Assembly: GCA_036785375.1 (NCBI GenBank)
Contig: JAWMAR010000711.1
Span: 682,001 to 746,000, forward strand
DNA from: Leucoraja ocellata
Taxonomy: Eukaryota
Direction: 5' to 3'
DNA: 64,000 bases
Both the position numbers and the translations under genes were made by a program. Shown here piece after piece: positions 13,598 through 25,063 of this stretch. Each line of letters begins with the position of its first letter. The stretch's first letter is position 1. Below the pieces are notes generated by a model. The model ran no database searches, was not told where the DNA came from, and saw only the letters and a program-made list of their open reading frames with translations.

Positions 13598-13893
13598 GGG
13601 CAGCACAGTGGTGTAGCAGTGGAGCTGCTGACTCACAGCACCAAAGACCCTGGTTCCATCCTCACTACAGGTGCTGTCTGCGCAGACTTTGCACGTTCTC
13701 CATTTGGCAGCATGGGTTCTCTCTGGGTGCTCCAGTTTCCACCAGACTTTCAGGTTTTTAAATTAATAGGCTTCTGTAAATTGCTCTTAGTGTATAGGAT
13801 GTGAAAGTGGTCTAACATAGAACTAGTGTACGGGTGATCAATGGTCGGTGTGGACTTGGTGGGCCAAAGGGCTGTAACTCTAAACTAAAATAA
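13598..13893 (+). mobile_element. V-domain tRNA-SINE (HE1-like), near full length
   Basis: A-box cagtggtgtagcagtgg, B-box ggttccatcc, V-domain tttgcacgttctcc, tail ctctaaactaaa. Confidence 0.85.
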
Positions 13894-14859
13894 CAAACAC
13901 AGGCTATGATGCATCTTCTGCAATGAACTGTTGGAAAATCAAAATGTAAAACATGTAATGTACAACTGTACAAAAGTAATGTAACATTTGTTTTAAGACA
14001 AAGCATTCTAACCTTAAAGATGAACCTCTTAACATTTAAATACAAAAGAAAAGTTCAAGAAATGCTAGAAGAAGAATCTATGTACTATCTGTACACCACC
14101 TTCGAAGAGCCCATCAGAGAAGAATGATAGAGCGCAGAGAAAAATGCTCATTTCAGGAGACTGTAACAGATGTGCAAATGATGTGACGAGCCCCTTGAAA
14201 CCGGTTGAGCTTGATCAGAAACACAGATGGACATTGGTTAGGGAAAGGACATGTTGTTCCTCCAAAGAATTTAGACAAATTTGCTGATGCAAATTGGTAG
14301 TACTTCTTCAGTGCTTTGAGGTACCTAATATCAGTTCTCCTCAATTCTCGTGCATTTGAGTGGGCAGGGATCACCGTTACTCAGTGGATTATGAGTTTGG
14401 TCAGAAATAACACTTCAAAGACATCCTCAAAGCTGCCATGCAAATAAAGTAACGTCTTCCTCAATCTATAGGAATCCTTGGTCCAAGACTTCTCAAATTG
14501 GCGGAGACATACAAGTAGTCAAGTACTTCTGTCTCTCTTTACAAGCATTTGGAATCCAAACACAAAAACATTGGGAGAAGCGTGATATAATCAAATCAGT
14601 TCACCCACTAGTCTCAATTGTGGCAGAATTTGATGACCCACACATGACACATTCATCTCCTTCGAATGTGCAGATATATATAGAGAAAGCAAGGGATCTT
14701 CAACCTCAACGAACTGCTAAAGAAGAGTGCATGTTATCATTTGGAATAACTATGCACCAAAATGCCTTCATATTTAGGAGATTTAATTTTTACTTCCGAG
14801 GCTGACATATGCAATGCATTATTGGTAGAATCAGCTGCAAAAAATTAGCAACAACCCCA

Positions 14860-15800
14860 CTATGCATCTTTCTAACACAAAGAAGGGAATGTAACATTTT
14901 GGAAGACAGTAAACTGCTGATTATCTTTCAATAAATAACTATTTGACTTCACTTAATCTGCAGAAGTGTCAAACCGTACCACCTTGCTGACTTGAATGTG
15001 ATCTGTGTGGGAAGGCAATTTTCAAGAGATTTAACATTTTAGTGTGAATTTTCTCACTTTGGCTAGGTAATGAAATATTTGTTGCTGGGGATAATTAATT
15101 TAAGTTGTTGCGTTTTAGTATATCTAAATGCACTGATGTTGCAACTGATGGGGGTCATTTCAATGATTAGTCATTTTAAACATTCAAATACTTTATGAAA
15201 ACAGTGTTTGCAACATGGAACCTACTGTTTCATCCAGAGAGATATTATGTACTAAAGCCTTGGCACGAAAGCTTCACAAAATTCTAAAAGGTGTCATTAA
15301 TCTTGTGAATCATATTAAATAAATGAAACGAGGAACTTTTCAAGCTTTAGACAAACAATGAGCAAAGTATTACCATGTTGACATCCCTTGTTGTATTACC
15401 ATGCTGAAATCCCTTGTCTATCCAAGGCAAATTGCTGTTTCATTGTCTAATATGAACTCTGACGTAAGCTGGCAGTATTCCTTAAAAAAGTCTCAACCAG
15501 CAGAGCACTTTAACAATGACACATGGTTTGCTCGCGTTGCATATCGTGCAGATATATTTGATCAGCTGAATGCTTTCAATCTGTCTTTATGGGGCAAAGG
15601 GTACAATTGCTTTGAACAAGCTGACAAAACTGTGGCACTTGGGGAAATATATCTGTGCACCAAATATGTTTCAAATGATAGGATAGACAAGATACTATTT
15701 TCTACAAAGACAATTTTGGAAAGATTCCACGAAACGAGAAGGACCGACGAAAATAATTGTTTAACTAAACCGCACCATAATTTCCAGATGAGCAACTCAA
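14860..15800 (+). pseudogene. hAT Charlie/Buster-type transposase remnant
   Basis: Degenerate motifs TDVATDG, a W..CFI.RE-like stretch, and WFARVAYRADIFDQLNAFNLSLWG (cf. LAYLxDIFxxLNxLNLxLQG). Confidence 0.7.
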
Positions 15801-17128
15801 GGGCAAAGGATATGAAAACCAGTTGGAATTGTATTAACCCCCCCCCCCCCTCCCCTCCCACTTAAATGTGCATTTCTGTTCCTTGGTGCAGTGTTCCTGG
15901 AGTATATCCTGCTTTTGCCTGCCAAGCTTTTACAATCATTTTGTCTTTATGTTCCATATTCTTGTGTGCAATTGGATTATTTGCCTTGAATCAACTGAAG
16001 ATTTAAAGCAAGGACAAGCTAGATGCTGAGCCCAACCTTTGGATTGTGCTGATGGCCATTTCACTAAAGTAAGATGGTCATCAATGAGAAGCAAGATCAA
16101 GTTTCTCATCAAATGTAAACTACCTTTTAAATTAAAAAAATCAATGGAGATTAGACTTTTTACAGAATTTACTGCATTACTTAACCTATTAGTTACTATT
16201 TTAGAGTGCAAATAGCAAGGAGTGCGGGCACAGGATTTCCACTACATTAAAAATAATTTCACAATTAAGCTATATCTATCTGATATAACCCTTATAAAAT
16301 ATAATTGTTCCTAACATTGCTCTGAAAGCATGAAGACACATCAATAAACACATTAAAATGTTTAAATATCTTAAAAGGGAAGAGAGACTATTGTTCATTT
16401 ATGTTTTGCCATTTTTAACAGTGAATTAAGACTTGAAATGTGAAACTTTGATTGAGAGGGATCATGCAATGTTTACCAAGACAGATTGCAAGTGAAACTG
16501 GATGCAAAAGTGGGCTGCAGATGCACATGACTGGATAGCATGAGAGACGTTTGTGGCAGAATACATCCTACCATTTTGGATGCTTTTAAATCATTTTGAT
16601 TCCGCTCAAAGTCTCTTGACAAAACAAAAACAAGATGGAACTAACCTTGCACATATGTGGACAGCAATCATCAGATAATAAAGACCAAGTGTATTTGCTT
16701 CAAATTTAACACAGATGAATGCGTCTTGAGAATAAAGGAGGTCACAGGTCAATAGTGCTTCCTGGAGCTATAGAGTTGTGTAAGCACAGAAGCTCTTCAA
16801 CCCACCACATCCATGCCAACTTTTTTGCTCATCAACACTAATCCCACTGGCCTCCATTAGGTCAATATCCTTCTGTGCCTTGCCTAATTAAAAGTCCATC
16901 CAAATATCTCTTAAATGTTTTAACTCCAGGCGCATCCAAGTCGGTAAATGTTAGGTAGTCCAGGGACAATAAATGACAGCATTTCCATCATTGTCCATTT
17001 CCCAATAATACATAAATATAATTAATCGCATACCAGAAATAAATGCTTAGTTCCCCATACACTTGATGACACACTTGAAGAGCCAGAATAACGAAGGGAT
17101 AAAATTCACAGCACGTTTTTTGCAAACA

Positions 17129-17441
17129 AGCACAGTGGCACAGCGTGTAGAATTGCTGCCTATGGCACCAGACATCTAGGTTCGATCCTGATCTTGAGTG
17201 CTGTCTGTGCGGAGTTTCCCGTGTCACTGCATGGGTTTCCTCCAAGTGCTCTGGTTTCCTCCTACACCCCAAAGACGTGCGAGTGTGTATTTTAATTGGC
17301 CTCTGTAAATTGCCCTTGTGTGTAGGGACTGAGTGAGACAGTGGGATAACAAAGAACTAATGTGAATGGGTGACCGATGGTCAGTGTGGACTCGATGGAC
17401 CGAAGGACCTGTTTACATACTGTATCTTTCAAATCAATCAA
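17129..17441 (+). mobile_element. V-domain tRNA-SINE (HE1-like)
   Basis: gcacagtggcacagcg...ggttcgatcctg; ggtttcctcctacaccccaaagacgtgc; (TCAA)n-like tail. Confidence 0.85.
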
Positions 17442-18210
17442 GGGTGATTAAACCCTATACCAGGCATAAGGTGGAATAATTCAGTAACCATGAGAAACAA
17501 ATCTAGTGGAGTTTTTTGATCCATTAATTTCCAGTTGTCCCCGGATCTGCCTACTTGCAAAATGTGCCATATATTACCCAGTAGTGTTGCTAAATATCCT
17601 TTCCTCTCTAGCCCTCTCCTCTGGTATCTGGGGAATTGTGTGTCCAGGAGATGGATTGCATTTGCTTTCTCGTGCTGACAAGTAGTAAACTAACAATGAT
17701 CAGTGTGCACGAGAACTGGGGTCAAAAACCTGCACCAGGTGTTTATTTTGTTCATTGTTATTATTATTCTTTACAAATATGTAAAAATAAACCTATGCTG
17801 CACATCATTTCCCAAATCTTGTAATTTCTCATTTGAGTACAGAACATACTAGCTGCTGCATAGTTATATAGTTAGTGTTGCAGCTGGAGGCAAAGTGAGT
17901 GTTTGGGAACATCAGGAGTTAGAAACTCGGGTAGGTTTGCAGTTTGTTGCTTCAGTGGTAGCCACTAGCTTTCTGATGCTGTTGGAAAACTTAAAGCCAG
18001 TCAATCTCCACCCCATAAGGTTGTAGTAAATCAAACTGTAGTTGTTTTTACATGCTAAAACCTAGTGTCATTGCCAGCTGTCTTAGATAGATCTGAGATC
18101 TTATTTCCAGAGAAAGTTTACGCCCCTGTTCCTTGTGGATAACAAGGATCTATTGTGCATCAATGCCTCAGTCCAGAAGCAACACGAATAACAACAGACA
18201 AATGACACAA

Positions 18211-19337
18211 TCATCTTCTTCTTAAGCAGTCTCTTGCTCCGATCTTGTTTTTTGGGTTGTGAGGTAGTCGATAAGATCAATGTGGGAAATGCAGACATGC
18301 ACAGATCAGGCAGGAGTTCATTTATAAGATGGTATTCTCCTTCCACCACCGACATGTGGTGTCTGTGTGCTCCTGATGCATGGCCTCTGCTTTCTCAATA
18401 CCATCCCCAATGTTCCTTGTCCACTTGAACAGGTCATGGGCCAGAGATTCCCATGTGTTTGTGAGGATATTGCTCTTCCAAGAATATTTGAATCATTTTC
18501 AACAATCTTTCTTAATGCAATGGGCACTTCACCTCCAATACACTTCACAGGGCAGTGCAGCCAATCTTCAGAACCAATGAGTAACTGTTTAACCTACATC
18601 AATGACGGTACGGAGGTCACCCCAACCTCAGTAGTCAACCTAAAGCATGCAGAGGCCACCTGCTTGGAAGTCGAGCTACAAGACATTGTTGACTTGTTCA
18701 CCAAGGCAAATGAGAGGATAGACCAAACTCTCAATAGCTGAGAAACCAAGGAAGTCAAGCAACCTGCACCTACTGCCCTCCCAAAATAAAGGTACACAGC
18801 AAATCCTTGGAAAATTCAGATCATTTCCCAGATCTCGGGAGACGGCTCAAGGCAAAAGTAGACATTGAGAATGAAATTCAACAGAGCTCTCAATGTGTCA
18901 GCAAAGCTTTTTGATAATTGAAGAAATTCTAACCGACCTAGCACAAAACCTATGGTCTACTCGTCAATAGTGAGGTCTGCACTCTTGATATTAGGCATCT
19001 CAAGACAACGAAAAGAAAAGCACCAACAGCAACTGTAAAATCTTCTAAATTCACCAAAAGGATAAGCAAACCAAGATTACTAATTATTCCCAGAACACCT
19101 CTAGAACTGGGGATCCCAGTTACTTGCAGTCCGCGAAGTTGGTCAATCCACATTGTTTGCACACCCAACACCTGACTATCCAAACAGACATGTCTGAAGA
19201 AGGATCTCAACCCGAAACGTCGCCTATTCCTTCTCTCCATAGATACTGCCTCACCCGCTGAGTTTCTCCAGCATTTTTTGGCTACCTGCTCTGCTCCAAG
19301 CTGTGTCTTGCAAAGAGATTGCCAGGGAGACTGAGAA
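18211..19337. mobile_element. RTE-clade LINE with 5' inversion
   Basis: 18211-~18520 is the RTE 3' end on minus, ending aagaagaagatga. ~18530-19337 is RT on plus (TEVTPTSVV...ELQDIVDLFTKANE..., then ..IV..P...L.KQ..LCSKLCLAKRLPG). TSD aaatgacaca / aaatgagaca. Confidence 0.75.
19191..19288 (+). mobile_element. Penelope terminal fragment with hammerhead core, nested in RTE
   Basis: CTGAAGA-aggatctcaaccc-GAAACGTC followed by the standard terminal unit. Confidence 0.85.
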
Positions 19338-20689
19338 AAAATGAGACAGAAAAGGGCAGAGCAATGAAAGCCACCTAGTACATAACATAGAGTAATATAT
19401 TCCAGGACCCTATGTACCATACCGTTTTGGTGTACCAGGTTTTCTAGTCCATGCTGGTCACGTTGCAATAAGGCTGTTAAGATATGAAAATTCCAATACA
19501 TGAGAGCCAAAGGTACATGGGGATTGTACAAAGTTATGCTCTAGTAAATAGCCCCGAAAAGGCACTGCCATTTTCTTGAGAAAAATTGGCTCCCAGATGC
19601 AGTTGAAACACTAGCGATTGGGGGTTGCACTGAAGAATAGCCAGTCCAACTTAAATTGTGAGAAATCTATTCCCTGAGCTCAGGGCATTTCACCAACCTA
19701 ACCATGCTTTTGTGTTCTTTAAACTTCCTGCTTCGAAAAAACACATTAACTTCAAAGCACAGGAACGGATGCAGAACTGATTCTCTAAGGCTGCAAGGGG
19801 GGTGGTCTCTAACTCAAGCAATTCTTGCAGGCTGCTGGGCAGCAGATATCTCTGAGAGGGGTGAGAAGGAGTGAAGGGAGAAAAGGAATGTAAGAAATGG
19901 AGCAAGGGAGTCAGGGAGTAAGCTATAAGAGAGCCATGGAATTGGAGTAAGTACTGGGAGCAGGACGAGGAGGGAATGATTCAGCACACTTTCAATACTA
20001 CATTGAAACAAAAGTGGAGGGATAAGAAAGGCGAGAGTGAGAGTGAGATGAAATAATATAGAGGTGGAAACAAAAAGGGAGGAGTGAATGAAGAACTCTC
20101 AGGACCCCTTACCGTTTTGACATCTAGGTCACCAACAATCCCTAGAAAAGGCCATGACTGTATTTATGGAATCCACTGGTTCTTGAACTACAACTTTGTC
20201 TGCATCTTACAAGAACCTACCCCCACCCCCCTCAGCCAATTAAGGCATTTTTCAATTGAGGAATCATGCCACAGAGGAAAAAAAGCTCTTTAAGCCTTTC
20301 TGTAAGTCCAATCATCAAAACACTGACAACTGCATCTTAAAATTAAAACACATGCCCTAGGATAAAATTCCATATTCCAGACCGTATCCCCACTACTTCC
20401 AAATCATACGCAGTAAATATTGGAGACAAAATATCAACACATCAGGATGTCATCACTGTCAGCATAACTAAACAATGATATCAGGAAGAGAAGTGATATC
20501 ATAGGCTACAACAGTAAACCAAGCTTCAAAGTAGTGGAGCCTTACGAGTGAAATTAGACATGTTGTATATTAAGTTGGGAGAAATAAGATGACATCCAAA
20601 ACTGCCTGTATTAGAAATAAATATTTAATTTAATACTATCTTGGAACTATGGTTAAACTCTCATCCGAGCTTCAATGGCTACAAACGTA

Positions 20690-20925
20690 ATTCCAGTTTG
20701 CATTGCCCCATTCACCTGCATCCACCTATTACATGTCAAACTTTGCCCCACCATCACCTCACGTTTCTAGCTTTCCTCCACCCCCCCCCCCCCCACTCCA
20801 CTGAAGATGGCTCCCGATTCCAAACATTGCCCATCCATTCCCTCCACAAATGCTATCTGTCTGCTGAGTTCCGCTATCACTTTGTATTTTATTCAAGATT
20901 GCATTCTCTGCAGTCTCCTGGATCT
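20690..20925 (+). mobile_element. Penelope-like terminal region, degraded
   Basis: cacctgcatccacctattac...ctgaagatggctcccgattccaaacattgcccatccattccctccaca. Confidence 0.6.
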
Positions 20926-21044
20926 ACATTCCAGTTCTGATGCACTTCAACTGGGCTTTTGTTTCAATGTAGTATTGAAAGTGTGCTGAATCATCAAAGC
21001 AGTCATTTGGGGGGGGGGGGGGGGGGAGGGGCACAGTGAGGGCC

Positions 21045-21277
21045 TCAGGTGGATGTAACAGTTTCCATGTCACTACTTGGAAGGAACAGGGAAATTCTCT
21101 AGGTGTCTTCATTAATTTCCTCAGTACAAAATGGCCGAAACAGATTAGATTGTCATTCATCTGTGAGACCGAGTTGTATTATAATTGCAACTACACTTCA
21201 AAAGTATTTAATTAGCTGCGAAATATTTAGTACATCATCTGGACATGAAACATTCTCGATAAATGCAATTTCTTTCT
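21045..21277 (+). mobile_element. DeuSINE (SacSINE1/AmnSINE1-like) remnant
   Basis: caggtggatgtaacagtttccatgtcactac...aaacagattagattgtcatt...actacacttcaaaagtatttaattagctg...ataaatgcaatttctttct matches the Deu-domain SINE consensus as recalled. Confidence 0.7.
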
Positions 21278-21489
21278 AATGACCTATATCTAAATATTTT
21301 CTGGGATTTAAATCATGGTTTTAAAAATTAGAGGATGGTCATATAACCACCATCAGGAGCGGAAATCGCTATCAAAACATGGGGGGAAACATTTTTTTGG
21401 TGGCTGCGTGCACGTGCACACACGTGAGGCTTTGGAGGCTTCAACCATGGGCCCTGTGGACAGTAACATCGGGAGCTGACCTGTTTAAG

Positions 21490-21667
21490 AAGGAACTGCA
21501 GATGCTGGAAAAATCGAAGGTAGATAAAAATGCTGGAGAAACTCAGCAGGTGAGGCAGCACCTATGGAGCGTCTGAAGAAGGGTCTCGACACGAAATGTC
21601 ACCTACTCCTTCGCTACATAGATGCTGCCTCACCCGCTGAGTTTCTCCAGCATTTTTGTCTACCTTC
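21490..21667. mobile_element. Palindromic Penelope terminal unit, hammerhead core in the loop
   Basis: Arms gaaggtagataaaaatgctggagaaactcagcaggtgaggcagc / gctgcctcacccgctgagtttctccagcatttttgtctaccttc; loop contains ctgaagaagggtctcgacacgaaatgtc. Confidence 0.85.
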
Positions 21668-22344
21668 AGGAACTGACCTGGTTGGTGACCGACTCCGAAC
21701 TCCAGCAACAGCAGCTTCGTCCGCCTCGAATCGTGAGGCTTCAATCGCCCCGTTCGCAGGGCATTTCATCGCCCGGCGCGGCTTAAAACCAGCTGCGGCA
21801 TCTTCCATCCCCCGGCGGGGGCTTCAACATTGGGAGCCTCAATCGCCTCGACGCTGCAATTTGACCGCGGGGCGATGGAAGATCCCGTGGCCTATTTTAA
21901 GCCGCGCCGGGCTGGGCGATGAAAGGCCAATTCAAGCTCCTCTCTATGATCTTTGCTCCACCAGCATGTCTCCCTCCTCCAATCACCGCGTTCTATCCTC
22001 AGTCCCAACCCCTACTTCCGCCTCTGACCGACACCTCCCTCCTCCAATCATCGCGCTGAATCATCATGTCCCCTCCCCCCACCCCCACCTGACCGACGTT
22101 TCTCTCGTCCAATCTGCGCCCTCGATCATCAGTCCCACCCCCACTGCCTCGCGAAAAGCGGAGATTTTTAACAGATTTTGTTTCACCAAAATTCAAAACC
22201 CGGATTACATAACATGGGGGGGATTGCCCCCCACCTCTCAAAACATGGAGGGGACGTGAGAACACAGATTACAGGGTCAAGCCAGCAAGAAATATTGAAG
22301 CAGTCAGCCCAAGTTTTTATATATTCACTATGCTGATCCTTGCA

Positions 22345-22725
22345 AAAAAGTGTTTTCCAATTAGGAAAGGTTGAACAGGTTGGGCTCATACTCTATGAAA
22401 TTTAGGAGAATTTGGGGTGAGTTACTGAAATATGGAAGATTCTGAAAGGGCTTGATATGGTAGATGCTGAATGCATTCTTCCCCGGGTCTGGGAATCCTG
22501 AACTAGGAACCATAGTTTCAGAATAAGGTCCCCAACATTTAAAACAGAGATTAAGTGGAATATCTATTTTCATAGCGCTGTGAGCGTTGGAATTCTCTAC
22601 CCCAGAGAGCTGTGGAGGCAGAATCAAGGGGCATGGGGTACAGGCAGGAATGTGCACTTCAGATTAGATTAGCCATTATCTTAATGCATGAAAGCTGGTT
22701 TGGGAGGCAATACACCTGCTATTTC
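22345..22725 (+). mobile_element. CR1 LINE 3' fragment
   Basis: aggttgaacaggttgggctcatactctatg...aaagggcttgatatggtagatgctg...ttggaattctctaccccagagagctgtggaggc. Confidence 0.75.
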
Positions 22726-23574
22726 ATATACACTACAAATTACATAAAGCAAGAATAACACACCCAAAACTGAAGTGCCTGCTGAAATGAATGTCCATTG
22801 TAATTAATGTGTTAAAACTCTCTGCTTACTGATACTAACCCCTTAGATATAACACCAACTATCTCAAAAATATGAAATTTTATCTCCTAGCTTTTAAAAC
22901 CTAACTCTCACCCATGTAACATAAGATGATTTCTCACTCAAATGGAACAGAAAGCAGCAGCAGCAGTTGAATGGATACATTTAGGAGGTGACAGATGCAA
23001 TGGAGATTCACTGACAAGTAGGTGCTGAAGGGGAGGAACATTCAATATGGTCTCACAAGAGGGAATCCAGAGAAGGTTAAGCTGTACTTTTCCTAATAGG
23101 GCACACCTGCTCCTAGTGGGTTGTGACACTCTTCAAATTTGTGGCAGCAGCTGATTTGCTTCAACCTGGTACAAATGTTGTGAATAGCTTCCCAAAGGGG
23201 TTTAAGTTAAAATCGCATTGTGGTCTAATGGCGTAAGCTATTGCATTACAGTAAGTTTTAAAATGGTGGCTACCAGGATTGCTATGGGCTAATTTGCTTT
23301 GAAGAACACTGTTGGCAGGATGACTTAGCATGTATTCTTTCCCATTTGAATGAATAAGATCAAAGCATAAAACTGCATGTAAAATGCCATGCAGTTCCCA
23401 GATATTGAATTATCCTTATTATGCCACATTATTACCAAAGGGCAAAGTAAAGTAAATACACATAAGCTTCTTTGCAACAATAATATGTGCATTAAATGTG
23501 CTATCCCAGTAACATTGTTTTAATCAGTTCAACAAATTATTAATTTAATGTAATCTACCTGCTTGATATCTTAA

Positions 23575-24141
23575 TGTGCTGCAATTTTGTATAACTAACC
23601 AATTCTGCACGGCCATCTTAGAGTCTGTTCTCACCTTCTCCATCATGGTCTGGTTTGACTCAGCCACCAAGCACGACACCTGGAGGCTGCAGCGAATCGA
23701 CCGATCAGCAGAGAAGGTTATTGGCTGCAACCTTCCCTCCATTGATGAACTGTACACTGCAAGGGCCAGGAAGCGAGTGGGTAAGATCATCTCTGACCCC
23801 TCTCACCCTGGCCACAAACTCTTTGAATCACTTCCCTCTGGAAGGCGACTCTGGATTGTCAAAGCTGCCACAGCCAGACATAAAACCAGTTTTTATCCAC
23901 GAGTAGTTGAGTGGTCCACTCAACAGCCAAAAATCTGGAGCCTTCCTTTGATCTGGTATTTTGTTGGTTCACATGCTTGATCTATGGTGGGTTATCATTA
24001 ATGTTTTATTATTATTAATGTTTAGTGTTTTCTGAGTCATTCGTAACTGTCACTGTATGTCATGTTGTTACTTGTGGGCAGAGCACCAAGGCAAATTCCT
24101 TGTATGTGAATACTTGGCCAATAAACTTACTTACTTACTTA
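23575..24141 (+). mobile_element. Rex1/Babar-clade LINE 3' end
   Basis: ORF AILESVLTFSIMVWF...RLQRIDRSAEKVIGCNLPSIDELY...IISDPSHPGHKLFESLPSGRR; AATAAA then (TTAC)n tail. Confidence 0.9.
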
Positions 24142-24977
24142 ACTAATTCATTTGAGAATTGTCACTTGCATTAAAAAATATTTCCAAGTCAATAGATTAA
24201 TAGCTCGTGAATCCATAAATCATTCTGATCCAAAATATGGAAAAAAATAGTGAGATTAATTGTGCAAATTGGCAAGCCACTAATGACGCAGAAAAGATAT
24301 TGTAATTTATAAATTGCAAATGACGAAAGTTGCTGGGCAATTTCAGCTGTTTCACTGTTAGATTTGCATGAATAACATTTGAGCTTGTACAACCCCCTTT
24401 GATTTTCCTGGTTTTTGCACTAATTGCCCAATAAACTTCCTGTAGAAAGCACAGAAATTAAACATAGGTAGTACTTTAACAATGTAATTAATATTAATTA
24501 CTGCCATTCATTTTCCTGACCCAGTAAGTGAACATTTTAAACATAGAATCTCATCTTTCCAGGCTGTTGATTGCAGCTGGAGATTTTGAAAGAATGAACT
24601 TTAATTATAACAATTTTCCCTTTTGTTTTCCTTCACCCTGCCATCTTAATCCAATCTTTCTTTTCCTCTTTTCATTGTTATACCTGTTTTGACATTGAGT
24701 TTACCTAATCTAATCAAACCACTTTTTCAGATTCTCCTGATTTTGTAATTCAAACCTTAAATGGCTTTCTCATATCCATCACCAAGGTCTCAGATATCCT
24801 GCTACGCTTGCACGCATTAGTTTGCAATTCCAACAACTTATTGAGCAAAATATTTATTACATAAATATACAATAACAAGAATGAAATTCTCCTCGAAATT
24901 CTCTATTCCAACAAAATCTTATATGATTGGATATCTCGAATGCATGTCATTTAAAATCAACACATCAAGCAATCCAA

Positions 24978-25063
24978 AGATAGACATAAAATACTGGAGT
25001 AACTTAGTGGGTCAGGCATCATCTCTGGAGAAAAGGAATAGATGATGTTTTGGGTCGAAATCC
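24978..25063 (-). mobile_element. Penelope terminal fragment
   Basis: gatagacataaaatactggagtaacttagtgggtcaggcatcatctctggagaaaaggaatag. Confidence 0.75.

Noticed and set aside
13598-13670. tRNA-like sequences (also 17129, 37230, 52765)
   Set aside because: They are SINE heads continuing into V-domain bodies, not tRNA genes.
18950-19531. 193-aa minus-strand ORF
   Set aside because: Antisense read-through of RTE and Penelope fragments.
21564-22259. 231-aa ORF, the longest in the window
   Set aside because: Runs through a Penelope palindrome and GC-rich repeat sequence; no recognisable domain; stop-poor because of composition.
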